Positions 51,856-64,000 of a stretch of 64,000 bases of DNA are shown piece after piece. Position numbers and translations under genes: made by a program. Source of the DNA: Escherichia coli (GTDB lineage: Bacteria > Pseudomonadota > Gammaproteobacteria > Enterobacterales > Enterobacteriaceae). A model generated the notes under the pieces. The model was not told where the DNA came from. It saw only the letters and a list, made by a program, of their open reading frames with translations, and ran no database searches. The DNA lies in the NCBI RefSeq assembly GCF_001677475.2, contig NZ_CP015229.1, one strand, 5' to 3'. Within the stretch, counting starts at the first letter, position 1; each line of letters begins with the position of its first letter.

Positions 51856-52184
51856 GGTAGGGCTTACCTGTTCTTATACATAAAAGCAACAGAATGGTAA
51901 CATTTTATCGCGGGTAAGCCAATTGATCCCCGTCATTAATCTGGCTATAGCGTGAGCGGCCTTTGCTTTGTCTGCCCCCTTCTTAACCCATTTATTTACT
52001 ATTAATCGCTTTTTCTTATGGCTGATAGTTTTATCTTGCCGAAGCGTGCTTTTTTGTTATTGTCTTTATGAAATATTCTTATAAAACAAACATATAAATA
52101 TTTTATATTGATGAGTTATTTGTATTTATACCATCAATAAAATCCGTTAATTAGCCTGTTTATAAGTGAATAAAGGAATAGCCG

Positions 52185-53351
52185 ATGATCGAACACTATA
52201 TTCGAGGGTTTGAGGAAGAACTGCGTGAGATCCGCCATCAGATCCACGAAAACCCGGAGCTGGGATTACAAGAATTTAAAACCAGTGCTTTGGTGGCGGA
52301 AAAGCTGCGTCAGTGGGGCTATGAAGTAGAGCAAGGACTGGCGACGACGGGGATAGTGGCCACGTTAAAAGTGGGCGACGGAGAGAAAAGTATTGGCCTG
52401 CGGGCGGATATGGATGCGCTGCCAATTTATGAAAATAGTGGCAAGCCCTGGGCCAGTAAACATCCTGGTTTAATGCACGCCTGCGGGCATGACGGGCATA
52501 CCACCATACTGCTGGGGGCCGCGCGTTATTTTGCCGAAACCCGCCGTTTTAACGGCACGTTACGTCTTATCTTCCAGCCTGCGGAAGAGATGATTAACGG
52601 CGGTGAGATCATGGTTAAAGAGGGGCTTTTTGATCATTTCCCCTGCGATGTCATTTTCGGCATGCATAACATGCCCGGTCTGCCGGTGGGTAAGTTTTAT
52701 TTCCAGCCAGGGGAACTGATGGCGTCAATGGATCAGTTCCATATTACAGTTCGTGGTTGTGGCGGACACGGTGCGATCCCGCACAAAGCCATCGATCCGG
52801 TGCTGGTTGCCGCACATATCACCACCGCATTACAAAGCATTGTGTCGCGCAATGTCGATCCGCTGGAAGCGGCGGTAATTACCGTCGGCAGCATTGTTGC
52901 GGGTGAGGCGGCTAACGTCATTCCTGACAGTGCTGAGATGAAAATCAGCGTCCGCTCTCTTAGCCGCGATACCCGACAACTTCTTCTGACCCGTATTCCT
53001 GCTCTGGCACAAACCCAGGCTGCCAGCTTTGGTGCTACGGCTGAGGTTACGCATGTTAACGGTACACCGGTATTAGTGAATGACGAGGAGATGGCGCGCT
53101 TCGCCTGGCAGGTGGCGTGTAAAACGTTTGGTGAAGATCGGGCCGAGTTTGGCATCAAGCCCCTGATGGGCAGTGAGGATTTCTCTTTCATGCTGGAAGC
53201 CCAGCCGAAAGGCGCTTTTTTGCTGTTCGGTAATGGCGATGTCGGGGAAGGTTCCTGCATGGTGCATAACCCGGGTTACGACTTCAACGATGCAAGTCTG
53301 GTCCCGGCATGCAGCTACTGGGGCGCACTGGTAGAAGCTTGGCTGCAATAA
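52185..53351 (+). CDS. M20D-family amidohydrolase (hippurate hydrolase / N-acyl-amino-acid amidohydrolase-like), 388 aa; accessory gene not in K-12
   Basis: Metal-binding motifs typical of M20D enzymes (HACGHDGH, ...GEE...); GGAA RBS-like upstream; no paralogue recalled at this locus in K-12. Confidence 0.8.
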   Translation: MIEHYIRGFEEELREIRHQIHENPELGLQEFKTSALVAEKLRQWGYEVEQGLATTGIVATLKVGDGEKSIGLRADMDALPIYENSGKPWASKHPGLMHACGHDGHTTILLGAARYFAETRRFNGTLRLIFQPAEEMINGGEIMVKEGLFDHFPCDVIFGMHNMPGLPVGKFYFQPGELMASMDQFHITVRGCGGHGAIPHKAIDPVLVAAHITTALQSIVSRNVDPLEAAVITVGSIVAGEAANVIPDSAEMKISVRSLSRDTRQLLLTRIPALAQTQAASFGATAEVTHVNGTPVLVNDEEMARFAWQVACKTFGEDRAEFGIKPLMGSEDFSFMLEAQPKGAFLLFGNGDVGEGSCMVHNPGYDFNDASLVPACSYWGALVEAWLQ

Positions 53352-53393
53352 ATAAAACAACACACAACAACACTTTTTGGCAAGGAACATGGA

Positions 53394-54710
53394 ATGACGG
53401 CGATCGTAAATGAAACCGTGAGTGTGAAGAAAAAGCCCAGCGGTAAGCGGGTGATTTTTGCTTCGGCGTTTGGCAATGCGCTCGAATTTTTTGATTTTGG
53501 CGTTTACAACTTTTTTGTGGTCTATATCAGTACGCTTTTCTTCCCACCCAGCGCTGATCACAATGTCGCGCTGTTACTGGCATTTGCAACATTTGGCGTG
53601 AGTTTTTTTATGCGCCCGCTTGGTGGAATTATCGTCGGGGCCTGGGCCGATCGCTTCGGACGCAAACCCGCGATGGTGTTCACCATTGCCCTGATGAGCC
53701 TCGGTACACTGATGATCGGCATCGCACCGACGTATGAAACGGCGGGCTATTGGGGAACCGCGACGCTGGTGCTGGCGCGTCTAATTCAGGGCGTTGCGGC
53801 AGGAGGCGAAGTCGGTGCCTCAATGTCTTTGTTGGTTGAATCAGCTCCGGCAAATCGTCGCGGCTTTTACAGCAGTTGGTCACTGGCGACTCAAGGCCTG
53901 GCAACAACCTTTGGTGGTGTTGTCGCTTTAGGTTTAAGCGCATGGCTGCCCTTTGCGACAGGTTCAGAAACCGTAATGGCTGAATGGGGCTGGCGTGTGC
54001 CATTTTTTATTGGCGTGTTATTAGCACCTATCGGTTGCTGGTTGCGTCTGAGCCTGGAAAATGACGTACCTGAGCTAGTGCGCAATAAAAAAGCTGCTAC
54101 CAGCGAAAGCGCGTTCTCTCTGCTCCTGCAACATAAGGCGACTATCGTTAACGGCGTTTTACTCGCTATTGGTAGCACGGTCGCAACCTATATCTCCCTC
54201 TTTTATTACGGCACCTGGGCGGCGAAGTATCTGGCGATGCCTCAACATTATTCTCATGCAGCGATGTTACTGGCGGGCGTTATTACGTTTGTGGGTGCGC
54301 TGCTTGTGGGGATGTTGTGCGATTCGGTCGGGCGTAAAAAGCTGATTTTAATCTCCCGTGTGATGGTGCTGATCTGTAGCTGGCCGTCATTCTGGCTGTT
54401 GGTGAATTACCCAAGCCCTGGCATGTTGCTGACGGTGGTTTTCGTGATGGTCAGCTTTACCACGCTTGGCGGTGTGCCGGTAATGTTGCTGATCTCTGAA
54501 CTGTTGCCGAAACGGATTCGGGCATTGGGTTTTGCGCTGGTTTATAGCATTGGTGTGGCAATCTTTGGCGGTTTTGCTCAATATTTCGCTACGCAATCCA
54601 TCGTGTTGCTGGATAGTTTGACAGCTCCGGCGTGGTATTTGGGTGGAGGCACGTTGCTGTCGATGCTGGCGTTGTTGTACGTAAAAGAACCGGCCAAAGA
54701 ATTGCAGTAA
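53394..54710 (+). CDS. MFS transporter, metabolite:H+ symporter (MHS) family-like (438 aa); accessory gene not in K-12
   Basis: ~12 predicted hydrophobic helices; MFS loop motif [10 protein letters not shown]; MHS-like signatures [26 protein letters not shown] (compare ProP/KgtP/ShiA). Confidence 0.8.
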   Translation: MTAIVNETVSVKKKPSGKRVIFASAFGNALEFFDFGVYNFFVVYISTLFFPPSADHNVALLLAFATFGVSFFMRPLGGIIVGAWADRFGRKPAMVFTIALMSLGTLMIGIAPTYETAGYWGTATLVLARLIQGVAAGGEVGASMSLLVESAPANRRGFYSSWSLATQGLATTFGGVVALGLSAWLPFATGSETVMAEWGWRVPFFIGVLLAPIGCWLRLSLENDVPELVRNKKAATSESAFSLLLQHKATIVNGVLLAIGSTVATYISLFYYGTWAAKYLAMPQHYSHAAMLLAGVITFVGALLVGMLCDSVGRKKLILISRVMVLICSWPSFWLLVNYPSPGMLLTVVFVMVSFTTLGGVPVMLLISELLPKRIRALGFALVYSIGVAIFGGFAQYFATQSIVLLDSLTAPAWYLGGGTLLSMLALLYVKEPAKELQ

Positions 54711-54759
54711 ATATGTTTTATTGCGTTACCGTTCATTCACAATACTGGAGCAATCCAGT

Positions 54760-55464
54760 ATGTTCATTCTCTGGTATAGTGCCAGCAGTACTTTTGGCAA
54801 GGATTCAGACATCGTGATGGGCGTAAGAGCGCAACAAAAAGAAAAAACCCGCCGTTCGCTGGTGGAAGCCGCATTTAGCCAATTAAGTGCTGAACGCAGC
54901 TTCGCCAGCCTGAGTTTGCGTGAAGTGGCGCGTGAAGCGGGCATTGCTCCCACCTCTTTTTACCGGCATTTCCGCGACGTAGACGAACTTGGTCTGACCA
55001 TGGTTGATGAGAGCGGTTTGATGCTGCGCCAACTCATGCGCCAGGCGCGTCAGCGTATTGCCAAAGGCGGGAGTGTGATCCGTACCTCGGTCTCCACATT
55101 TATGGAGTTCATCGGTAATAATCCGAACGCCTTCCGGTTATTATTGCGGGAACGCTCCGGCACTTCCGCTGCGTTTCGTGCCGCCGTTGCGCGTGAAATT
55201 CAGCACTTCATTGCGGAACTTGCGGACTATCTGGAACTCGAAAACCACATGCCTCGTGCGTTTACTGAAGCGCAAGCCGAAGCCATGGTGACGATTGTCT
55301 TCAGTGCGGGTGCCGAGGCGTTGGACGTCGGCGTCGAACAACGTCGGCAATTAGAAGAGCGACTGGTACTGCAACTGCGAATGATTTCGAAAGGGGCTTA
55401 TTACTGGTATCGCCGTGAACAAGAGAAAACCGCAACTATTCCGGGAAATGTGAAGGACGAGTAA
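54760..55464 (+). CDS. fabR: TetR-family repressor of unsaturated fatty acid synthesis FabR (234 aa by K-12 annotation; alternative ATG at 54817 gives 215 aa)
   Basis: ...[52 protein letters not shown] TetR HTH; GGAG RBS 9 nt upstream of ATG 54760. Confidence 0.88.
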
Positions 55465-55823
55465 TGAAACAAGCAAATCAAGATAGAGGTACGCTGCTGC
55501 TGGCGTTGGTTGCTGGCTTATCGATTAATGGTACTTTCGCAGCTCTGTTTAGCTCCATAGTGCCATTTTCTGTATTCCCGATTATTTCCCTGGTGCTGAC
55601 GGTTTACTGCCTGCATCAACGTTATCTTAATCGCACTATGCCGGTAGGCTTGCCGGGTCTGGCAGCTGCCTGTTTTATTCTCGGCGTACTGCTGTACAGC
55701 ACGGTAGTTCGTGCGGAATATCCGGATATCGGCTCTAACTTCTTCCCGGCAGTACTCTCCGTCATTATGGTGTTCTGGATTGGCGCGAAGATGCGTAACC
55801 GTAAGCAGGAAGTTGCTGAGTAA
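55464..55823 (+). CDS. yijD: DUF1422 inner-membrane protein YijD (119 aa)
   Basis: ORF 119 aa; ATG overlaps fabR stop (TAATG). Confidence 0.88.
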
Positions 55824-55831
55824 TCGGTATC

Positions 55832-55857
55832 ATGCCGGATGCTGGCGCATCCGGCAT
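55832..55857. terminator. Bidirectional hairpin terminator between yijD and trmA
   Basis: atgccggatgc-tggc-gcatccggcat palindrome (REP-like) between convergent genes. Confidence 0.6.
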
Positions 55858-55862
55858 GGGTT

Positions 55863-56963
55863 TTACTTCGCGGTCAGTAATACGCCGCACTCCATATGGT
55901 GCGTGTAGGGGAACTGATCAAACAGAGCCAGACGTTCGACCTTGTGCGTCTGGCTTAATGTTTCCAGATTCTTGCATAACGTTTCCGGATTGCAGGAGAT
56001 ATACAGAATACGTGGATACGCCTGCACCATTTTCTCGGTTTCACTGTCCAGACCGCTGCGCGGTGGGTCGACAAAAATGGTTTCGCACTGATAACTCTTT
56101 AAGTCGATCCCTTGCAGGCGGTTAAACTCGCGCACACCATTCATCGCCTGAGTAAATTCTTCTGCCGCCATACGAATAATTTGTACGTTATCAATATGGT
56201 TAGCGGCAATGTTGTATTGCGCAGCAGCAACCGACGGCTTAGCGATTTCGGTGGCTAATACCCGATCAAAATTGCGCGCCAGTGCTAATGAAAAGTTACC
56301 GTTGCCGCAGTACAGCTCCAGTAAATCGCCTTTTGAGCCTTTGGTTACGTCCAGCGCCCATTCCAGCATCTGAATATTCATCGCCGCGTTCGGCTGGGTA
56401 AAGCTGTTTTCTACCTGACGGTAGATCATCTCTTTCCCTGCGACCGGCAGACGTTCATCGATGTAATCTTGATCCAGCTCGATTTTGGTTTTCGTTGCCC
56501 GACCAATCAGATGCACATTCAGATTCTGCGCTCGCAGTGCATCGCGCAGGGCTTCCGCTTCCTGACGCCACTCATCATCCAGCTTTTTATGGTACAGCAG
56601 GGAAACCACCGCCTGATTACTCAACGTAGTGAGGTAATCAATCTGGAACAACTTGTGGCGCAGAACGGGATTATTACGCACACCCGCAATCATCGCCGTC
56701 ATCAACTGGTTGATGAGTTCACTGGCAGCGGGGAAGCTATCCACGCGGATGCGGCTTTTGGTTTGTTGATCGAAAATGATGTGGTACAGGTCATCGCCAT
56801 CGTGCCAGATGCGGAACTCCGCGCGCATCCGGTAATGACTGACCGGCGAGCGAAACACTTCCGGAACCAGGTCAGAAAACGGTGCCATCATACTTTGCAA
56901 ACGTACCACTTTTTCGGCTAACTGCGCTTCATACTGTTCTGTTGGAAGGTGTTCGGGGGTCAT
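55863..56963 (-). CDS. trmA: tRNA (uracil54-C5)-methyltransferase (366 aa)
   Basis: ORF 366 aa recognised as TrmA ([29 protein letters not shown]). Confidence 0.94.
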
Positions 56964-57090
56964 GATGTATCCTGAAAAATTAAAGTACGCGGCGATTGTA
57001 GGGATTGCTCATCAGATGTCCAGATCTTGATGAATTCCTATTTGTGAGCTACGTCTGGACAGTAACTTGTTACAACCTGTAGCATCCACT

Positions 57091-57331
57091 TGCCGGTCCT
57101 GTGAGTTAATAGGGAATCCAGTGCGAATCTGGAGCTGACGCGCAGCGGTAAGGAAAGGTGCGATGATCGCGTTATGCGGACACTGCCATTCGGTGGGAAG
57201 TCATCATCTCTTAGTATCTTAGATACCCCTCCAAGCCCGAAGACCTGCCGGCCAACGTCGCATCTGGTTCTCATCATCGCGTAATATTGATGAAACCTGC
57301 GGCATCCTTCTTCTATTGTGGATGCTTTACA
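57091..57331 (+). promoter_or_regulatory. btuB 5' leader containing adenosylcobalamin riboswitch
   Basis: Leader matches the btuB riboswitch as recalled (gccggtcctgtgagttaatagggaatccagtgcgaatctggagctgacgcgcagcggtaaggaaaggtgcg...gaagacctgccggcc B12-box region). Confidence 0.85.
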
Positions 57332-59176
57332 ATGATTAAAAAAGCTTCGCTGCTGACGGCGTGTTCTGTCACAGCCTTTTCCGCTTGGGCACAGGATACC
57401 AGCCCGGATACTCTCGTTGTTACTGCTAACCGTTTTGAACAGCCGCGCAGCACTGTGCTTGCACCAACCACCGTTGTGACGCGTCAGGATATCGACCGCT
57501 GGCAGTCGACCTCGGTCAATGATGTGCTGCGCCGTCTCCCTGGTGTGGATATCACCCAAAACGGCGGTTCAGGTCAGCTCTCATCTATTTTTATTCGCGG
57601 TACAAATGCCAGTCATGTGTTGGTGTTAATTGATGGCGTCCGCCTGAATCTGGCGGGGGTGAGTGGTTCTGCTGACCTTAGTCAGTTCCCTATTGCGCTT
57701 GTCCAGCGTGTTGAATATATCCGTGGGCCGCGCTCCGCTGTTTATGGTTCAGATGCAATAGGCGGGGTCGTGAATATCATCACGACGCGCGATCACCCCG
57801 GAACGGAAATTTCAGCAGGGTGGGGAAGCAATAGCTATCAGAACTATGATGTCTCTACACAGCAACAACTGGGGGATAAGACACGGGTAACGCTGTTGGG
57901 CGATTATGCCCATACTCATGGTTATGATGTTGTCGCCTATGGTAATACCGGAACGCAAGCGCAGCCAGATAACGATGGTTTTTTAAGTAAAACGCTTTAT
58001 GGCGCGCTGGAGCATAATTTTACTGATGTCTGGAGCGGCTTTGTGCGCGGCTATGGCTATGATAATCGTACTAATTATGACGCATATTATTCTCCCGGCT
58101 CGCCGCTGGTCGATACACGTAAACTCTATAGCCAAAGTTGGGATGCCGGACTGCGCTATAACGGCGAACTGATTAAATCACAACTCATTACCAGCTACAG
58201 CCATAGCAAAGATTACAACTACGATCCGCATTATGGTCGTTATGATTCGTCCGCGACGCTCGATGAGATGAAACAGTACACCGTCCAGTGGGCAAACAAT
58301 GTCATCGTTGGTCACGGTAGTATTGGTGCGGGTGTCGACTGGCAGAAACAGACTACGACGCCGGGTACAGGTTATGTTGAGGATGGATATGATCAACGTA
58401 ATACCGGCATCTATCTGACCGGGCTGCAACAAGTCGGCGATTTTACCTTTGAAGGCGCAGCACGCAGCGACGATAACTCACAGTTTGGTCGTCATGGAAC
58501 CTGGCAAACCAGCGTCGGTTGGGAATTCATCGAAGGTTATCGGTTTATCGCTTCTTATGGTACGTCGTACAAGGCACCTAATCTTGGGCAACTCTACGGC
58601 TTCTACGGTAATCCGGATCTGAACCCTGAGAAAAGCAAACAGTGGGAAGGGGCGTTTGAAGGCTTAACCGCTGGAGTGAACTGGCGTATTTCCGGATACC
58701 GTAACGATGTTAGTGACTTGATCGATTACGATGATCACACCCTCAAATACTACAATGAAGGGAAAGCGCGAATTAAGGGCGTCGAGGCGACCGCCAATTT
58801 TGATACCGGACCGCTGACGCATACGGTGAGTTATGATTATGTCGATGCGCGTAACGCGATTACCGACACGCCGTTGCTACGTCGCGCTAAACAGCAGGTG
58901 AAATATCAGCTCGACTGGCAACTGTATGACTTCGACTGGGGTATTACTTATCAGTATTTAGGCACTCGCTATGATAAGGATTACTCATCTTATCCTTATC
59001 AAACCGTTAAAATGGGCGGTGTGAGCTTGTGGGATCTTGCGGTTGCGTATCCGGTCACCTCTCACCTGACAGTTCGTGGTAAAATAGCCAACCTGTTCGA
59101 CAAAGATTATGAGACAGTCTATGGCTACCAAACTGCAGGACGGGAATACACCTTGTCTGGCAGCTACACCTTCTGA
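57332..59176 (+). CDS. btuB: TonB-dependent vitamin B12 outer-membrane transporter (614 aa)
   Basis: [38 protein letters not shown] (signal peptide plus TonB box DTLVVTA); C-terminal ...SGSYTF. Confidence 0.96.
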   Translation: MIKKASLLTACSVTAFSAWAQDTSPDTLVVTANRFEQPRSTVLAPTTVVTRQDIDRWQSTSVNDVLRRLPGVDITQNGGSGQLSSIFIRGTNASHVLVLIDGVRLNLAGVSGSADLSQFPIALVQRVEYIRGPRSAVYGSDAIGGVVNIITTRDHPGTEISAGWGSNSYQNYDVSTQQQLGDKTRVTLLGDYAHTHGYDVVAYGNTGTQAQPDNDGFLSKTLYGALEHNFTDVWSGFVRGYGYDNRTNYDAYYSPGSPLVDTRKLYSQSWDAGLRYNGELIKSQLITSYSHSKDYNYDPHYGRYDSSATLDEMKQYTVQWANNVIVGHGSIGAGVDWQKQTTTPGTGYVEDGYDQRNTGIYLTGLQQVGDFTFEGAARSDDNSQFGRHGTWQTSVGWEFIEGYRFIASYGTSYKAPNLGQLYGFYGNPDLNPEKSKQWEGAFEGLTAGVNWRISGYRNDVSDLIDYDDHTLKYYNEGKARIKGVEATANFDTGPLTHTVSYDYVDARNAITDTPLLRRAKQQVKYQLDWQLYDFDWGITYQYLGTRYDKDYSSYPYQTVKMGGVSLWDLAVAYPVTSHLTVRGKIANLFDKDYETVYGYQTAGREYTLSGSYTF

Positions 59177-59978
59177 ACCACGTCCCACCGTGCTGGTGTT
59201 TGACTCCGGCGTCGGTGGGTTGTCGGTCTATGACGAGATCCGGCATCTCTTACCGGATCTCCATTACATTTATGCTTTCGATAACGTCGCTTTCCCGTAT
59301 GGCGAAAAAAGCGAAGAGTTTATTGTTGAGCGAGTGGTGGCAATTGTCACCGCGGTGCAAGAACGTTATCCCCTTGCGCTGGCTGTGGTCGCTTGCAACA
59401 CTGCCAGTACCGTTTCACTTCCTGCATTACGCGAAAAGTTCGACTTCCCGGTTGTTGGTGTCGTGCCGGCGATTAAACCTGCTGCACGTCTGACGGCAAA
59501 TGGCATTGTCGGATTACTGGCAACCCGCGGAACAGTTAAACGTTCTTATACTCATGAGCTGATCGCGCGTTTCGCTAATGAATGCCAGATAGAAATGCTG
59601 GGCTCGGCAGAGATGGTTGAGTTGGCTGAAGCGAAGCTGCATGGCGAAGATGTTTCTCTGGATGCACTAAAACGTATCCTACGCCCGTGGTTAAGAATGA
59701 AAGAGCCGCCAGATACCGTTGTATTGGGTTGCACCCATTTCCCTCTACTACAAGAAGAACTGTTACAAGTGCTGCCAGAGGGAACCCGGCTGGTGGATTC
59801 TGGCGCAGCGATTGCTCGCCGAACGGCTTGGTTGTTAGAACATGAAGCCCCGGATGCAAAATCTGCCGATGCGAATATTGCCTTTTGTATGGCAATGACG
59901 CCAGAAGCTGAACAATTATTGCCCGTTTTACAGCGTTACGGCTTCGAAACGCTCGAAAAACTGGCAGTTTTAGGCTGA
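59121..59978 (+). CDS. murI: Glutamate racemase (285 aa)
   Basis: [40 protein letters not shown]; 5' end overlaps btuB 3' end by 56 nt in a different frame. Confidence 0.94.
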   Translation: MATKLQDGNTPCLAATPSEPRPTVLVFDSGVGGLSVYDEIRHLLPDLHYIYAFDNVAFPYGEKSEEFIVERVVAIVTAVQERYPLALAVVACNTASTVSLPALREKFDFPVVGVVPAIKPAARLTANGIVGLLATRGTVKRSYTHELIARFANECQIEMLGSAEMVELAEAKLHGEDVSLDALKRILRPWLRMKEPPDTVVLGCTHFPLLQEELLQVLPEGTRLVDSGAAIARRTAWLLEHEAPDAKSADANIAFCMAMTPEAEQLLPVLQRYGFETLEKLAVLG

Positions 59979-60000
59979 TTTGGTTGAATGTTGCGCGGTC

Positions 60001-60060
60001 AGAAAATTATTTTAAATTTCCTCTTGTCAGGCCGGAATAACTCCCTATAATGCGCCACCA
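60001..60060 (+). promoter_or_regulatory. rrnB P1 promoter with AT-rich UP element
   Basis: -35 TTGTCA (60024-60029), 16-bp spacer, -10 TATAAT (60046-60051), GC-rich discriminator GCGCCACC; AT-rich UP element 60001-60020. Confidence 0.9.
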
Positions 60061-60142
60061 CTGACACGGAACAACGGCAAACACGCCGCCGGGTCAGCGG
60101 GGTTCTCCTGAGAATTCCGGCAGAGAAAGCAAAAATAAATGC

Positions 60143-60180
60143 TTGACTCTGTAGCGGGAAAGCGTATTATGCACACCCCG
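60143..60180 (+). promoter_or_regulatory. rrnB P2 promoter
   Basis: -35 TTGACT (60143-60148) and -10 TATTAT (60166-60171). Confidence 0.85.
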
Positions 60181-60351
60181 CGCCGCTGAGAAAAAGCGAA
60201 GCGGCACTGCTCTTTAACAATTTATCAGACAATCTGTGTGGGCACTCGAAGATACGGATTCTTAACGTCGCAAGACGAAAAATGAATACCAAGTCTCAAG
60301 AGTGAACACGTAATTCATTACGAAGTTTAATTCTTTGAGCATCAAACTTTT

Positions 60352-61893
<1,542 letters not shown>

Positions 61894-61978
61894 CCTTAAA
61901 GAACTGTGCTTTGCAGTGCTCACACAGATTGTCTGATAGAAAGTGAAAAGCAAGGCGTCTTGCGAAGCAGACTGATAC

Positions 61979-62054
61979 GTCCCCTTCGTCTAGAGGCCCA
62001 GGACACCGCCCTTTCACGGCGGTAACAGGGGTTCGAATCCCCTAGGGGACGCCA
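61979..62054 (+). tRNA. gltT: tRNA-Glu (anticodon UUC) in 16S-23S spacer
   Basis: GTCCCCTTCGTCTAGAGGCCCAGGACACCGCCCTTTCACGGCGGTAACAGGGGTTCGAATCCCCTAGGGGACGCCA; cloverleaf with TTC anticodon. Confidence 0.97.
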
Positions 62055-62247
62055 CTTGCTGGTTTGTGAGTGAAAGTCACCTGCCTTAATATCTCAAAAC
62101 TCATCTTCGGGTGACGTTTGAGATATTTGCTCTTTAAAAATCTGGATCAAGCTGAAAATTGAAACACTGAACAACGAAAGTTGTTCGTGAGTCTCTCAAA
62201 TTTTCGCAACACGATGATGAATCGAAAGAAACATCTTCGGGTTGTGA

Positions 62248-64000
<1,753 letters not shown>

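Noticed and set aside
52733-53260. 175-aa minus-strand ORF inside the amidohydrolase gene
   Set aside because: Antisense, low-complexity, no start context
54721-54759. TTG-initiated 247-aa extension of fabR
   Set aside because: No RBS before the TTG; ATG at 54760 has a GGAG RBS and matches the K-12 annotated start
57038-57559. 173-aa minus-strand ORF across the btuB leader and start
   Set aside because: Overlaps the riboswitch and btuB N-terminus; the region is explained by the known btuB leader; no RBS

Overview
This window reads as core Escherichia coli chromosome (K-12 map ~88.5-89.8 min, tpiA through the rrnB operon) with two strain-specific additions, and I found no convincing previously undescribed system. 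Gene identities rest on recognising the translated ORFs as well-known E. coli proteins from memory and on length and start-codon arithmetic; no database search was run. Gene order is tpiA(partial)-yiiQ-yiiR-yiiS-uspD-fpr-glpX-glpK-glpF-zapB-rraA-menA-hslU-hslV-ftsN-cytR-priA-rpmE-yiiX-metJ-metB-metL-metF-katG-yijE-yijF-gldA-fsaB-ptsA-frwC-frwB-pflD-pflC-frwD-yijO-eptC-ppc-argE-argCBH-oxyS-oxyR-sthA-[2-gene islet]-fabR-yijD-trmA-btuB-murI-rrnB(16S, tRNA-Glu, 23S partial). The two accessory features are (1) a ~2.4 kb IS21-family element (istA/istB) inserted in yijE, splitting it into 146- and 155-codon fragments, and (2) a ~2.6 kb islet between sthA and fabR encoding an M20D-type amidohydrolase and an MHS-family MFS transporter, which I believe is absent from K-12. 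The islet and the cryptic frw/pfl locus are the least characterised parts. Known RNA and regulatory elements recognised include the oxyS sRNA, the btuB cobalamin riboswitch leader, rrnB P1/P2, met and ARG boxes, and several REP/BIME repeats and terminators.
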